64,000 bases of DNA. Origin: Pseudomonadota bacterium (GTDB lineage Bacteria; Pseudomonadota; Alphaproteobacteria; UBA8366). Under the pieces are notes generated by a model that was not told the DNA's origin, searched no databases, and was given only the letters and a program-made list of their open reading frames with translations. This document shows, in pieces, positions 22,507 through 34,273 of this stretch (position 1 is the first letter of the stretch; the number at the start of each line of letters is the position of its first letter). The DNA is taken from the NCBI GenBank assembly GCA_036337155.1, contig JAYZET010000027.1, forward strand, positions 8,009-72,008. The letters run 5' to 3'. Both the position numbers and the translations under genes were made by a program.

Positions 22507-25383
22507 ATGTCAGATACGGCACCGTCATTAATCGGTCTGGAACAAACCGACGATTTCGTCACCCGCCACATCGGTCCACGAGACGCCGATATATCGAGCA
22601 TGCTCAGGGAAATCGGCGTCGCGTCCCTCGGGGAATTGATTAATAACACCGTACCCTCAGCAATCCTCGACAAATCTCCACTCGGCTTAGCGCCGAGCCG
22701 GTCGGAAAGCGACGTTCTGGCTGAGCTGCGCGAAATAGCCGATACCAACCGTGTCATGAAGTCGTTGATCGGCGCTGGATATTACAATTGCATTACGCCG
22801 ACGGTTATCCTACGCAACGTTATGGAAAATCCAGGCTGGTACACGGCCTACACGCCCTATCAACCCGAGATATCGCAAGGCCGGCTGGAAGCCTTACTTA
22901 ATTTCCAGACCATGGTTTCCGATCTCGTCGGAATGGAAATAGCTAACGCCTCACTTCTAGACGAAGGAACAGCTGCGGCGGAGGCGATGACCATGGCGCA
23001 CCGCGTCGGAAAAGCAAAGAATGACCGGTTCTTCGTTGCTTCTGATTGCCATCCGCAGACCATCGACGTGCTGAAGACCCGCGCCGCACCACTCGGTATC
23101 GAAATTGTAGTGGGTGACATCGCCCACGACCTCGATCCGGAGAATGTTTATGCAGCACTAATTCAATATCCGTCGACGAATGGAAGCATCAACGATTACC
23201 GCAACATCGCGGACACGCTTCACGCAGCAGGCTGCATGTTGGTTGTGTCAACCGACCTTCTGGCCTTGACCTTACTTAAGCCACCCGGTGAGTGGGGCGC
23301 CGATATAGCGGTCGGCACCGCCCAACGATTTGGTGTTCCGCTCGGGTTTGGGGGCCCACATGCAGCATTTTTCGCAACCTCAGATGCGCACAAACGGGCA
23401 ATACCGGGTCGCTTAGTTGGCGTTTCCGTCGACAGCGCCGGGCGTCCTGCACTACGCCTCGCTCTGCAGACCCGCGAGCAACATATACGGCGCGAGAAGG
23501 CAACGAGCAATATATGCACCGCACAGGTATTACTTGCTGTCATGGCTGGCCTCTACGCCGTCTATCACGGCCCTGATCGTCTTAGAACCATCGCCCAACG
23601 AGTGCACCGACTGACGGCGATCTTGGCAAGTGGTTTGAAAAAAGCAGGTGTCGAAGTCGAGAACGAGACGTTTTTCGACACAATAACCGTCCGAGTAGAT
23701 GATGCGGATGCGGCGCACAGTCGCGCGCATGCCGCCGGCTACAATCTACGGCCGATAGACAAGGACCGCATCGGCATCTCGTTTGACGAAAGGTGTATGC
23801 GCAAGGACGTTGAGGCACTTTGGCATATTCTCGGTGCCACAGGTACGGATGTTGACGAGCTCGATGGATCGGTGCCGTTAGGCTTGCCGACGGCACTTAT
23901 CCGAGAATCGGATTACCTAACACATCCATCCTTTCACCAGTACCATTCCGAAACAGAAATGCTCCGTTATCTCAGGCGGCTGCAACAGAAAGACATTGCG
24001 CTTGACCGATCGATGATTCCTCTGGGCTCCTGCACTATGAAACTTAACGCGACGACCGAAATGATCCCAGTTACATGGCCTCAGTTCGCCGACATTCACC
24101 CATTAGCGCCACTTAACCAAACGCCGGGGTATCGCCGGCTAACGGAAGAGTTGGAAGAGATGCTTTGTAAAATTACCGGCTTCGAAGCGGTGTCTTTGCA
24201 GCCGAATGCCGGTTCGCAGGGAGAGTACGCCGGTCTTTTAGCAATTCGGCGTTATCACGCAAGTCGGGGCGAACCCGAGCGGGATATTTGTCTTATTCCA
24301 AGTTCAGCACACGGTACAAATCCAGCGAGTGCTGTGATGGCCGGAATGCGCGTCATAGTCATCGGCTGCGATGAGAACGGTAATATCGACGTAGGCGACC
24401 TCGAGAGCAAAGCATCCGCGCACGCATTGGAGCTCGCCGCCCTTATGGTAACTTATCCATCGACCCACGGCGTGTTTGAAGAAAGCGTCATCGACATCTG
24501 CGAAACCGTGCATCGCCATGGCGGTCAGGTCTATATGGATGGTGCCAATCTAAACGCTCTGGTCGGTCTTTCGCGGCCGGGACAGTTCGGACCCGACGTG
24601 GCACACCTCAATTTACATAAAACATTCTGCATTCCTCATGGTGGCGGCGGCCCCGGAGTTGGTCCAATCGGAGTCCGCACGCATTTGAAACCTTTCTTGC
24701 CGGGCCATCGGCACCTCGCCGATCCTGCACGAAAAAGCCATCCCGTATCTGCCGCCCCTTGGGGTAGCGCAGGTATTTTACCCATCTCATGGGCCTACAT
24801 CACCCTGATGGGCGGCGATGGGCTTAAGCGCGCGACTGAAATTGCGATCCTAAATGCCAACTATATGGCGTTTCGCTTGAAACCGCATTTTCCAGTGCTC
24901 TACAAGGGCGCCGGCGGATTCGTCGCGCACGAATGTATCATCGACGTCCGGTCCCTCAAAGACAGTGCCGGGGTCAATGTCGAGGACATCGCCAAGCGTC
25001 TTATGGATTTCGGTATTCACGCGCCAACCATGTCCTGGCCCGTTGCTGGAACCCTAATGATCGAGCCTACCGAAAGCGAATCAAAAGAAGAGCTGGACCG
25101 TTTTTGCGACGCCATGATTACAATCCGCGAAGAAGTACGCGCTATTGAGAGAGGCGAATACGACGATAAGAACAATCCGTTAGTAAACGCACCGCATACG
25201 GTGAACGACGTAGTCGGGGATTGGGAACGCCCTTACAGTCGCGAACAGGCAGCGTATCCGGCGGCGGCACCGCGAGGGGATAAGTATTGGCCACCGGTCA
25301 ACCGAATCGACCAGGTTCACGGCGACCGGCATCTGGTCTGTTCCTGCCCACCGCTTGAAACATATCTCGACGCCGCCGAGTGA
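22507..25383 (+). CDS. gcvP: Glycine dehydrogenase (decarboxylating), single-chain P protein
   Basis: [51 protein letters not shown]. Confidence 0.97.
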   Translation: MSDTAPSLIGLEQTDDFVTRHIGPRDADISSMLREIGVASLGELINNTVPSAILDKSPLGLAPSRSESDVLAELREIADTNRVMKSLIGAGYYNCITPTVILRNVMENPGWYTAYTPYQPEISQGRLEALLNFQTMVSDLVGMEIANASLLDEGTAAAEAMTMAHRVGKAKNDRFFVASDCHPQTIDVLKTRAAPLGIEIVVGDIAHDLDPENVYAALIQYPSTNGSINDYRNIADTLHAAGCMLVVSTDLLALTLLKPPGEWGADIAVGTAQRFGVPLGFGGPHAAFFATSDAHKRAIPGRLVGVSVDSAGRPALRLALQTREQHIRREKATSNICTAQVLLAVMAGLYAVYHGPDRLRTIAQRVHRLTAILASGLKKAGVEVENETFFDTITVRVDDADAAHSRAHAAGYNLRPIDKDRIGISFDERCMRKDVEALWHILGATGTDVDELDGSVPLGLPTALIRESDYLTHPSFHQYHSETEMLRYLRRLQQKDIALDRSMIPLGSCTMKLNATTEMIPVTWPQFADIHPLAPLNQTPGYRRLTEELEEMLCKITGFEAVSLQPNAGSQGEYAGLLAIRRYHASRGEPERDICLIPSSAHGTNPASAVMAGMRVIVIGCDENGNIDVGDLESKASAHALELAALMVTYPSTHGVFEESVIDICETVHRHGGQVYMDGANLNALVGLSRPGQFGPDVAHLNLHKTFCIPHGGGGPGVGPIGVRTHLKPFLPGHRHLADPARKSHPVSAAPWGSAGILPISWAYITLMGGDGLKRATEIAILNANYMAFRLKPHFPVLYKGAGGFVAHECIIDVRSLKDSAGVNVEDIAKRLMDFGIHAPTMSWPVAGTLMIEPTESESKEELDRFCDAMITIREEVRAIERGEYDDKNNPLVNAPHTVNDVVGDWERPYSREQAAYPAAAPRGDKYWPPVNRIDQVHGDRHLVCSCPPLETYLDAAE

Positions 25384-25459
25384 CATTAATACCAATTATT
25401 TAGAAAGCATTTTTGCCCTAACTACACCTTACGTCAGCACCCAATCGTTGCTGCGCTAA

Positions 25460-25503
25460 TTTCCGAAGGCCGGAAAAAATTATAATGTTACGGCCTTCGG
25501 AAA
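25460..25503. terminator. Inverted repeat, probable terminator hairpin between convergent gcvP and atpF
   Basis: TTTCCGAAGGCCG-N18-CGGCCTTCGGAAA, a perfect 13-bp stem. Confidence 0.55.
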
Positions 25504-25770
25504 GCCCATAAAGCCATAGATAATTTGAGGTTTCTCAAAGTACGAGCCGTCTATTTTCAACGCATAATAATGGAAAATCTCGCTTTATTTGAGCGCCATC
25601 AGTGTAGGTGAAGGTCCTATACCGACCATAGCCAATGTGGTCGCCGTAGGTCACAGCATATAGTCTAATTTACAATACCGGCAGCGTCTTCTGCGGCATC
25701 AAGGCACCAACCACACACAACAAACACATCCCCGCCAACGCGGAATTTCGATGTGGTATTTGAAATCTCT

Positions 25771-26262
25771 CTATTGCAGTTTGCGAGGAATGTCTTCAAT
25801 GGCTTGATTAATGAGATTAGATCCTTCTTCATCGATGAGCCGGTCCGTTAGAAGCTTTTCCGCTGCTGCCATCGCAAGCTCAACCGACATCTCACGTATT
25901 TCCTGAACTGCTATGGCCTCGGCCTGAATAATCTTCTCACGTGATTGCTCTTCCTGCCGACGCACCATATCTTTCATCGCCTCATCAGCTTCGAACCGGT
26001 AACGTTCCGCCTCCTCCTTCGCCCGAGTCACTATTGCCTCGGCATCTTGAATCGCCTGGCGTTGCTGACGCTGATAGTTGGCTAGCAGGCTCTGAGCTTC
26101 TTCCCGAAGCTTCTCTGCTTCCTCTACCTCCTGACGAATTTCCAAGATTTTCGCATCCAGACCGCCTATCAGCGCACCCTTAATCGGTTTGAAGATCAGC
26201 ACAACGAATACGACAAAGGCGACCGCAACCCAGAAGGTCGGGTCGTGAATGAAGGCGTCCAT
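25771..26262 (-). CDS. atpF: F0F1 ATP synthase subunit b
   Basis: N-terminal TM (FWVAVAFVVF) plus coiled coil; last gene of the F0 operon. Confidence 0.92.
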   Translation of the reverse strand: MDAFIHDPTFWVAVAFVVFVVLIFKPIKGALIGGLDAKILEIRQEVEEAEKLREEAQSLLANYQRQQRQAIQDAEAIVTRAKEEAERYRFEADEAMKDMVRRQEEQSREKIIQAEAIAVQEIREMSVELAMAAAEKLLTDRLIDEEGSNLINQAIEDIPRKLQ

Positions 26263-26265
26263 GGA

Positions 26266-26757
26266 TTAGGTTCCTCCCTGCATCGCCGCCTTGACCGCGT
26301 TCTTGGCATCCGCATTCGCAATATCATCGTCTATCAAACGTTTGACGGCTGCACGCGTCACATCGCCGGCAATCTCGGGAATAATTTCCATGGCAGCTGC
26401 CTGTTCATCCGCAATTCGTGCTTCCGCAGCGTGTGTTTCTTCGGCCAATCTAGCCGCTGTTTTTTCTTGCAGTTTGGTTCGTGCCTCGGAAATCGACTGT
26501 ACCACATCGCGATGTATGCCGAGCGCCTCAGCCGCAGCATCAGCATGCGACTTCTCCAAGGTAGCCATCACGGTTTCTGCCTCCTCACGCAGGGACTCAG
26601 CTTTTGCGAGGTCATCTTCGATGCGACGTTGGCGATTGTCGCGAACGTTAACGATTCGTGGTAGCGCAACCTTCCAAACCACGAGGAAGAGCACCGCAAA
26701 GGTGATCGACAGCCAAACTAGCTGCGGCGGAAAGGTCGATACGTCGAGCTGTGGCAT
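26266..26757 (-). CDS. F0F1 ATP synthase subunit b'
   Basis: MPQLDVSTFPPQLVWL N-terminus typical of alphaproteobacterial b'. Confidence 0.92.
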   Translation of the reverse strand: MPQLDVSTFPPQLVWLSITFAVLFLVVWKVALPRIVNVRDNRQRRIEDDLAKAESLREEAETVMATLEKSHADAAAEALGIHRDVVQSISEARTKLQEKTAARLAEETHAAEARIADEQAAAMEIIPEIAGDVTRAAVKRLIDDDIANADAKNAVKAAMQGGT

Positions 26758-26789
26758 AGGCCTTCCCCCGTAATGATGGCGCGGCGCCG

Positions 26790-27020
26790 TTAACCGAACA
26801 AAATTAATAACGAGATCACCAGCGCGAAGAGCGCGATAGCCTCGACCAACGCAAAACCAAGCATGGTCATCGTGAAGACCTCGCCACGCGCTGCGGGATT
26901 ACGCCCGACCGCGATGATAAAAGAGGAGAAAACACTGCCTATACCAATCCCCGAACCGATCATGCCAATAACGGCGAGGCCCGCTCCGATAAGCTTTGCA
27001 GCTGCTACTTCCATGGTCAT
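26790..27020 (-). CDS. atpE: F0F1 ATP synthase subunit c
   Basis: AKLIGAGLA, GIGIG, RNP loop, ALVEAIALF; start may be 27014. Confidence 0.96.
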   Translation of the reverse strand: MTMEVAAAKLIGAGLAVIGMIGSGIGIGSVFSSFIIAVGRNPAARGEVFTMTMLGFALVEAIALFALVISLLILFG

Positions 27021-27069
27021 TACCTCTTGTTGGAAAGTGTCATTCGTTGATTTCGTTTAGCAGCCCGCC

Positions 27070-27807
27070 CTAATGCAGGTGGATTGCGTCGTTAATGTAG
27101 AGGCAGGTCAGTATCGCGAAGACATAGGCCTGCAAGAAAGCTATCAAAATTTCCAACCCGGTCAGCGCTACGACGAGAGCAAATGGCAAAATACCCGCTA
27201 CGCCTAACAGTGCGATAAAGCCAGCAATCACTTTAATCAAAGTATGTCCTGCAAGCATATTCGCGAACAGGCGGACCGAGAGACTAATAGGGCGTGAGAG
27301 ATAGGAAATGATTTCGATCGGCACTAACAATGGTAACATCACGACCGGTGTACCGGGTGGTGCGAAGAACGAGAAAAAGTGAATGCCATGACGCACAAAA
27401 CCGAGGATTGTAACGCCGATGAATACAACCATTGCCATCGCGAAGGTGACCGCGATATGGCTTGTGAAGGTAAAGCTGTACGGCACCATTCCCAATAGGT
27501 TTCCGAGAAGCACAAACATGAAAAGGGTAAAAATTATTGGAAAGTACTTACGCCCTTCCACGCCGACCGTATCGCGCAGCAATCCTGCTATAAATTCATA
27601 AGACAGCTCAACCGCAACTTGCCAGCGCCCCGGCACTATATCGCTACGCCGCATGCCCAGCACCAAGAAGATTGTAGCCAGCACAACCGCGATGGTCATA
27701 AACAGCGCTGAATTCGTAAACGACACGTCGATACCGCCGATTTCCAACGGGACAATCGGCTTAATTACGAATTGTTCGAGAGGGCTGTGTCCACCACCTG
27801 ACGCCAT
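27070..27807 (-). CDS. atpB: F0F1 ATP synthase subunit a
   Basis: [33 protein letters not shown]. Confidence 0.97.
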   Translation of the reverse strand: MASGGGHSPLEQFVIKPIVPLEIGGIDVSFTNSALFMTIAVVLATIFLVLGMRRSDIVPGRWQVAVELSYEFIAGLLRDTVGVEGRKYFPIIFTLFMFVLLGNLLGMVPYSFTFTSHIAVTFAMAMVVFIGVTILGFVRHGIHFFSFFAPPGTPVVMLPLLVPIEIISYLSRPISLSVRLFANMLAGHTLIKVIAGFIALLGVAGILPFALVVALTGLEILIAFLQAYVFAILTCLYINDAIHLH

Positions 27808-27839
27808 GGTCGATCCTATTCGTTCCTCTTGTAATCCGG

Positions 27840-28172
27840 TTAATCATCGCCGTCCTTGTTGCTGTATCCGACGGCATAACCGTATCCGCTCATCGTGCGG
27901 AAGATATTCAAAAACCCGGCCGCGCTTCCTAAAACGAAAAACACAACCATCATCCAAGGCTTTGTTTCGAGCCAGTAGTCGAGCAACAAACCAATTGCTA
28001 CACCGACACCAACAGCCGAAACGAACTCAACTCCGATCTTAAGCGCCATGCCCAACCCACTCCCGGGCTTACTACCGCCATTTTTCATATCGGTCTCTTC
28101 ACTTTGTCTCCGAGCCGCCTTCAGCTTCGCGTGCAATTCTTCAAGCGAGGATGAGGGGCGCTCTTCAGACAT
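27840..28172 (-). CDS. atpI: AtpZ/AtpI family protein
   Basis: [27 protein letters not shown]; first gene of the F0 operon. Confidence 0.9.
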   Translation of the reverse strand: MSEERPSSSLEELHAKLKAARRQSEETDMKNGGSKPGSGLGMALKIGVEFVSAVGVGVAIGLLLDYWLETKPWMMVVFFVLGSAAGFLNIFRTMSGYGYAVGYSNKDGDD

Positions 28173-28220
28173 CGTTCAATTAGCCCGTTCTGACGCCTAA
28201 ACAGCGCCGGGAGCGGCCGC

Positions 28221-28249
28221 AACATAAAGGCCACTTCTAACCAAGTCAA
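28221..28249 (-). promoter_or_regulatory. sigma70 promoter of the atp F0 operon
   Basis: Minus strand TTGACT-N17-TATGTT followed by a GC-rich discriminator. Confidence 0.65.
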
Positions 28250-28308
28250 GTTGCGGCATTACGTCATGCCAACGTTGAATTTGCGGGCTTTCCGGACTTC
28301 CTCAGCAC

Positions 28309-31300
28309 TTACGCCGAGTCGCTAAACGCCTCTGCCTCGCGTAGGTCGACCGATACCAACTGACTGACGCCCCGTTCACCCATTGTGACGCCAAACAAGC
28401 GGTCAACTTTGGCCATTGTCAGTCGATGATGAGTGACCACGAGGAACCGCGTCCGCGACGCCTTGGTGATCTTATCCAGGAGTTTGCAGAAACGCTCAAC
28501 GTTAGCGTCGTCCAGCGGCGCATCCACCTCATCCAGGACGCAAATCGGCGCCGGGTTTGTCAAAAATACAGCAAACAATAACGAAAGTGCAGTCAGCGCC
28601 TGCTCACCACCGGACAGCAAAGACATCACCTGAAGTTTTTTGCCGGGCGGACTGGCCATGATCTCTAGGCCCGCCTCTAATGGATCCTCCGCATCGGTCA
28701 AAGCTAAGTGGGCGTGCCCACCTCCGAATAGCTGGACAAACAGTTCTTCAAAATGGCGATTAACCTGCTCGTAAGCCGCTAATAGCCGTTCCCGTCCCTC
28801 ACGGTTGAGGGAAGAGATTCCCTGCCGCAGGCGCGCAATCGCTGCCAGTAGGTCTTCGCGATCCATCTGCATGGAACCAATCTGCTCTTCGAGCTCGATC
28901 AACTCCTGCTCGGCACGCAAATTCACAGGTCCCATGTTATCGCGCTCCCGGATCAACCGCTCGAGCTTTAGCTCGACAACGTCGCGCGGCGGCAATTGCC
29001 CGTCGGGATCGATATCGGTATCTGCAACAATCGTCTTAGGTGTGCTATCGAGCCGTTCGGCCATGCGTTCCGACACCGCATCGCAATCTGAATTTGCCTG
29101 TTCTACAAGTGCCTCGGCACGCACACGCTCTTCCCGGGCCTCCCCGAGCGCCGCTTCGGTGCGGCGCAACGCGGTATCCGCTTCCGTGAGCCCATTCTCC
29201 ATCTCAACGAGGCGGTCAGCGGCCTCATTTCGCTTAGTCTCAGCGGCCTCAATGATGTCGAGCAACTCGTCCCGTCGTGTCACGATCTCTGCCGGCCGGG
29301 CCGCGAGTCGCTCCTTACGAATCTCTTCCTCGCTGCGGCGAGCCTGCAGTTCTTCTATTCGGCCGCGCACGCCTGCAACTCGCTCCTCCCAAGAAGAGCG
29401 CTCGTTGGAGATTGCATCGAGGCGGGCCACACGCAGTTCCGCTTCATTGGCGATGCGGTCGCGGGTACTACGGCGTTCGCGTTCAGAGGAACGCGCCTCT
29501 TCTATTTCAACACGCAACGCCGAAATTCGCTCGCGTGCCTCGACCGGATCAGTGAGCTGCGAAATCGCGTTTTCGGTCGTAATCCGCTGATCATGAATCT
29601 CGGTGAGATCCGTCCGCAAGCGTTCAAGCAATTCGCCAAGCGATTCGAATCTGGAGCGAGACCCCGAAGTCTCCTCGGTCAATCTTGCATAGATTTCTCT
29701 AGCTCCCGAGAGCGCGTCATAGGTGGACTGCAGATCGAAGCGGGTGGTTCGCTCACGATCCGTCGCCTGCTTCGCGCTATCTTGCGCATCAGCATGAGCG
29801 AGACGTATATCATTGAAATTCTTATCTACAACGGAAAGCTGCTTTCGAATTTCGGAAAGGCGATTGCGCTGACTGAGCCGCGTCGCCGCCGAAGTCTGAG
29901 CACCAGCCGTGATCGTAAAACCATCCCATCGCCACAGCGCTCCATCACGGCTAACAAGGCGTTGACCTTCACGAAGCGCTCTATGAAGACTAGGACCCAG
30001 CGTCTCGTCGTCGATTACACAGATAGCATTGAGGCGTCGCGCGAACGCCGGTGGTCCCTTCACGAACTCTGCAAGAGCCGACACGCCTTTTGGAAGGGGC
30101 GCGGGAGCGGACAACGGAGGCAGCGCGTTCCAATGTATCGGTGCCGCCGTATCTATTGGCGCCGTCAACTCGTCATCAAGTGCCGCTCCAAGCGCTTTCT
30201 CATAACCTGGGGTCACTTCCAGAGCGTCGATCAGCGGTGGGAATAAGTCCGTATCATCTTCCTTGAGTAGATCAGACAACGCGCTTTCCTCGGCACGTAG
30301 CCGATCGCGCGCCGATTGAGCCTTCTGCAGCCGGGCGCGGCGCTCAGCCTCTGCATGTTGGGCCTCCCCTCGCAGCTCTTCTGCCTTGTCCGCGGCCAGG
30401 CGCGCAATTTCGACAGCTGCTTCCGCTTCTGTCACAGCGGTGGCAGCTTCTTCTAACGCCGGGTCGGCTTGCATTTTCACCAGGAGTTGTTCCCGCTCTT
30501 GGTGAAGCGAATTTATTCTTTCGGTAAACCTAGTGTGACGGTCCCCAAGTTCGTCCCAGCGATTTACCAAGGCATCTCGATTAGCCTCGGCAGAGGCAAT
30601 CATCTGTGTAATTTCGGCAAGCTCACTCTCCTGCTCCCGGAGTACATCGCCAATTTCTTCGAGCGCTATTCGCGCCTCCTCACTCCGTTCGTTTTCGCCT
30701 TCACGGGCCACCTCAATAGCGGTGAATTCCTCATCAAGCCGGCGGATCGCCGCCCCCGCATCCTCGCCAAGCGAGGTTTCACGGTTCATATCCACGCCGA
30801 TTTGCTGCAACCGTTGATCAACAACGACAAGCGCTTCAGTGATACGATCTTCTTCCGCCTCAAGTTCGCGCTGAGCAACAAGATAACGCTGCAGTTCGGC
30901 CGCAGCCACCGCTTCCGCTTGTCGAAGATCGGGCAGTTTCACCGCTATATTAGCTTGAAGCTGGGCCGCTTCAGCGGCCAGCCCGGTGCGCAAAGTCACC
31001 TCATTCTCTGCAGCCGACAAGTCTTTACGCGCCTCATCCAATGCAGCGGTCACCTCCTGCCAGCGAAGATACAGCTGCATTGCCTCGTGACGCCGGATGT
31101 GCCCGCCAAGGCGGCGATAACGCCCCGCCTGGCGTGCCTGACGCTTAAGGCCCTGAAATTGACCCTCGAGAGCGACGACGACGTCGTCGAGACGCTCAAG
31201 GTTGGTCTCAGCCGCCCGCAGACGAAGTTCCGCCTCGTGTCGGCGCGAGTGCAAGCCTTTGATGCCAGCGGCCTCTTCGAGCAATCCGCGCCGTTGGGTT

Positions 31301-31770
31301 GGCTTGGCACCAATCAACGTACCCACCCGTCCCTGATTAACCATTGCGGTGGAGTGAGCTCCGGTGGCAAGATCGGCGAAGAGGAGTTGCACATCCCGGG
31401 CGCGCACGTCCCGGCCGTTGATTTTGTAGTTGGAGCCCGAGCCGCGTTCGATGCGCCTTACAATCTCGAGCTCGCTCTCATCGTTGAACTCCGACGGAGC
31501 ATTACGATCGGCATTATCCAAGATCAAAGAAACTTCCGCGATGTTACGGGCGGGCCTATCGTCTGTGCCGCCAAAGATGACATCGTCCATTTCGCCACCG
31601 CGCATCTGCTTCGCGGACGTCTCACCCATCACCCATTTAAGAGCCTCGACGACATTCGATTTACCGCAGCCATTCGGCCCAACAATACCGGTAATCCCGT
31701 CCTCGATCTGGACTTCAACCGGATCGAGAAAAGATTTGAAACCAACAAGGCGGAGCTTTTGGAAATGCAC
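28309..31770 (-). CDS. smc: Chromosome segregation protein SMC
   Basis: GFKSF, Walker A GPNGCGKSN, long coiled coils, LSGGE, LDEVDAPLD. Confidence 0.97.
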   Translation of the reverse strand: MHFQKLRLVGFKSFLDPVEVQIEDGITGIVGPNGCGKSNVVEALKWVMGETSAKQMRGGEMDDVIFGGTDDRPARNIAEVSLILDNADRNAPSEFNDESELEIVRRIERGSGSNYKINGRDVRARDVQLLFADLATGAHSTAMVNQGRVGTLIGAKPTQRRGLLEEAAGIKGLHSRRHEAELRLRAAETNLERLDDVVVALEGQFQGLKRQARQAGRYRRLGGHIRRHEAMQLYLRWQEVTAALDEARKDLSAAENEVTLRTGLAAEAAQLQANIAVKLPDLRQAEAVAAAELQRYLVAQRELEAEEDRITEALVVVDQRLQQIGVDMNRETSLGEDAGAAIRRLDEEFTAIEVAREGENERSEEARIALEEIGDVLREQESELAEITQMIASAEANRDALVNRWDELGDRHTRFTERINSLHQEREQLLVKMQADPALEEAATAVTEAEAAVEIARLAADKAEELRGEAQHAEAERRARLQKAQSARDRLRAEESALSDLLKEDDTDLFPPLIDALEVTPGYEKALGAALDDELTAPIDTAAPIHWNALPPLSAPAPLPKGVSALAEFVKGPPAFARRLNAICVIDDETLGPSLHRALREGQRLVSRDGALWRWDGFTITAGAQTSAATRLSQRNRLSEIRKQLSVVDKNFNDIRLAHADAQDSAKQATDRERTTRFDLQSTYDALSGAREIYARLTEETSGSRSRFESLGELLERLRTDLTEIHDQRITTENAISQLTDPVEARERISALRVEIEEARSSERERRSTRDRIANEAELRVARLDAISNERSSWEERVAGVRGRIEELQARRSEEEIRKERLAARPAEIVTRRDELLDIIEAAETKRNEAADRLVEMENGLTEADTALRRTEAALGEAREERVRAEALVEQANSDCDAVSERMAERLDSTPKTIVADTDIDPDGQLPPRDVVELKLERLIRERDNMGPVNLRAEQELIELEEQIGSMQMDREDLLAAIARLRQGISSLNREGRERLLAAYEQVNRHFEELFVQLFGGGHAHLALTDAEDPLEAGLEIMASPPGKKLQVMSLLSGGEQALTALSLLFAVFLTNPAPICVLDEVDAPLDDANVERFCKLLDKITKASRTRFLVVTHHRLTMAKVDRLFGVTMGERGVSQLVSVDLREAEAFSDSA

Positions 31771-31812
31771 GTGTGCAACGACGTCCGTTTTGACGGCGAT
31801 CAGACTAAGCGG

Positions 31813-32418
31813 CTACTTTACCTTCTTTGCGAGGATTTTATCAAATTCCTCGTATGGTTCCGCGCCAATGATCTTGTGATCACCATCTATGATGAAAGTT
31901 GGTGTCGCGTTTACATCAAAGTTCTTCTGACCATCAAGTCGCTTTTTGACGAGACCGTCCACAAGGGCTTCATTTTTTAGACACGCCTCAAAATCAGCGG
32001 GGTTTAAACCGCCGAGCTTACCAATCTTCACAAGAGCCTCGAACGGCGTTTTACTGCGGCTCCAGTTCGACTGTTGCTCGTATAGCACCTCAATGAATGC
32101 AAAGTATCGATCCGACATTGCGCAGCGCGCCATAACAGCAGCCATCAGGCCAAGCTGGTCAAACGGAAAGTCTCGATAAATTAACTTCACTTTTCCGGTG
32201 TCTATATAGGTTTTCTTTAGATTAGGCAGGGTTTCGACGTGAAATTTGCGGCAATGAGAACATGTAAGAGAAGAATATTCGACAATCGTGACTGGCGCAT
32301 TAGGGTCGCCAAGAATGCGATCGGCCAGTGCCGCTTCCGTCGTGGGCGGCGTTGCTAGAACGGTAAAAGACAAGATAAAAGTGACGGCGACGGTCGCCAA
32401 CGGTAAAAATCGTTTCAC
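31813..32418 (-). CDS. DsbA family thiol-disulfide oxidoreductase
   Basis: GDPNAPVTIVEYSSLTCSHC, YRDFP, ATPTF. Confidence 0.92.
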   Translation of the reverse strand: MKRFLPLATVAVTFILSFTVLATPPTTEAALADRILGDPNAPVTIVEYSSLTCSHCRKFHVETLPNLKKTYIDTGKVKLIYRDFPFDQLGLMAAVMARCAMSDRYFAFIEVLYEQQSNWSRSKTPFEALVKIGKLGGLNPADFEACLKNEALVDGLVKKRLDGQKNFDVNATPTFIIDGDHKIIGAEPYEEFDKILAKKVK

Positions 32419-32533
32419 GCTGTCCTCCTCGAGACAGAAAGCGAATAAAGCATCTAACGAATGCGTTTAGCTCGTATTAAAACGAAGCGGAGTATAGGAA
32501 GGCAATTGCGGTAGTATCAAGTCCGCGAGCGGG

Positions 32534-33061
32534 TTACTTTTTTGTTGATTTGCGCGACTCGGACAATATAGCCGATCCAAGTCTATTGAGCGTTTCCCGC
32601 AATTCGGCATCTTCGACATGAGCCAGAGTGGTCTCAAGCGCATTAAGTTCCGCGGCCGCTGGGGTCCGATACTGAGGCTTCGGGATTTTCTCTATCGTTT
32701 TAGACTGTGCCTGGATCAAACGAATTTCGGTTACTGCCCGATAGCCGAAATAACCATTGATGCGCTCGAGCAGTCGCGGTGTGTCGTGCTGCACTTCAAG
32801 GGCAACCGGCCCAGAAGCCCGCAGATGCAGAACGCCCCGGCTACGTTCGCCGCGCGGAAAAGCGAGTTTTTCCGGCTGACATTCGTTGGCAATTTCCGGC
32901 CCAACAATAGCTGGCCAGTCGACGATAAGATTAGCATGCGCGAGGCCACGTTTGCCGAGAGCCTTTTCTGTGAGTCTCGGAACGAGTTGCGCGACTGCAC
33001 GCGGCGGGCCGCCGCGCGAAGTGGCCGAATCGTGCTTTTTCATCTTATTGTCGTCGCTCAA
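32534..33061 (-). CDS. DUF721/DciA family protein
   Basis: WPAIVG, LEVQH, ERINGYFGY; usual position between dsbA and mutY. Confidence 0.85.
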   Translation of the reverse strand: MSDDNKMKKHDSATSRGGPPRAVAQLVPRLTEKALGKRGLAHANLIVDWPAIVGPEIANECQPEKLAFPRGERSRGVLHLRASGPVALEVQHDTPRLLERINGYFGYRAVTEIRLIQAQSKTIEKIPKPQYRTPAAAELNALETTLAHVEDAELRETLNRLGSAILSESRKSTKK

Positions 33062-33099
33062 ATCTTATCCTCCGCACGCCGGTGCTCTATAATAATGTC

Positions 33100-34164
33100 A
33101 TGAGCGACCACAATGCCACCCACGCTTCCCAGGTTCTCGCCTGGTACGATAGACACGGCCGCGTATTGCCCTGGCGCGCACCACCGGGAAAGCGCCACAA
33201 ACCCTATATCGTCTGGCTGAGTGAAATTATGCTCCAACAGACAACAGTCGCCACGGTCGGCCCCTATTTCAAAGAATTTCTATCCCGTTGGCCGACGGTA
33301 GAAGCGCTCGCTGCAGCAAAACTCGACGACGTCCTACATTGTTGGCAGGGCCTCGGCTATTACGCGCGCGCACGTAACATGCATCGGTGTGCCATAATCG
33401 TTGCACAGGATTTAGAAGGCCACTTCCCAAAAAATGAGAAGGCACTGGTAGCATTGCCAGGCATCGGACCATACACTGCGGCTGCTATCCGCGCCATCGC
33501 ATTCGACAAACGTGCCGTCGTCGTCGACGGCAATGTCGAGCGGGTCATGGCCCGACTATTCCGAGAAAAAAAACCACTGCCAGGGGTAAAGGAGGTGTTA
33601 AGGAATCACGCTGATAGATTGACCCCCAATGATCGTCCGGGCGACTACGCTCAGGCAGTTATGGATCTCGGAGCGACGATCTGCCTGCCTCGGCGGCCAA
33701 AATGCTCGATATGCCCATGGATGCAAGACTGCCGCGGACGTAACATTGCAGAAAAGCTCCCCGCGCGCCGGCCTAGACCGAAGAAACCAATACGACGCGG
33801 CGCCGTTTTCTGGATCGAACGTCCAGACGGGACGGTTCTACTTCGGCGACGGTTGGAAAATGGCTTGCTCGGTGGGATGATAGAGTTTCCTTCCAGCGAC
33901 TGGCGCGAAGGAACCCTCCCCATCGAGATGACTTACGCGATAAAACATGCGCCGTTACCAGCAAGTAAATGGTTTCGGCTGGATGGTTTGGTACGCCATA
34001 CATTTACACATTTTCATCTCGAACTCGTGGTATTTAAAGGCCACGTCACACAGGGCGCGCCTGCACCGGACAACGCATTTTGGTCCTCGATAAATGGTTT
34101 CGCAGATCAAGCCTTACCGACTGTAATGAAGAAAGTTGCCGAAAAGGCGATAACATTCGGGTGA
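33100..34164 (+). CDS. mutY: A/G-specific adenine glycosylase
   Basis: WLSEIMLQQT, GLGYYARARN, LPGIGPYTA, VDGNVERV, C-X6-C-X2-C-X5-C cluster, HTFTHF. Confidence 0.96.
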   Translation: MSDHNATHASQVLAWYDRHGRVLPWRAPPGKRHKPYIVWLSEIMLQQTTVATVGPYFKEFLSRWPTVEALAAAKLDDVLHCWQGLGYYARARNMHRCAIIVAQDLEGHFPKNEKALVALPGIGPYTAAAIRAIAFDKRAVVVDGNVERVMARLFREKKPLPGVKEVLRNHADRLTPNDRPGDYAQAVMDLGATICLPRRPKCSICPWMQDCRGRNIAEKLPARRPRPKKPIRRGAVFWIERPDGTVLLRRRLENGLLGGMIEFPSSDWREGTLPIEMTYAIKHAPLPASKWFRLDGLVRHTFTHFHLELVVFKGHVTQGAPAPDNAFWSSINGFADQALPTVMKKVAEKAITFG

Positions 34165-34273
34165 AGTTCCTGTGCGATCATATGACTACCCCACCGTTAC
34201 CTCGGCATAGGGTATGGGCCAGTCAAATTCTTGTTATCTGCCAAAAATAGTTGCCGAAGATAGAGATAACTCG

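Noticed and set aside
26790-27020. Na+-translocating ATP synthase
   Set aside because: Subunit c has EAI rather than the E-S/T signature and lacks the N-helix Gln, so H+ type
30469-31980. 503-aa plus-strand ORF, and other long antisense ORFs at 28805-30246
   Set aside because: Antisense shadows of smc; no recognisable motifs
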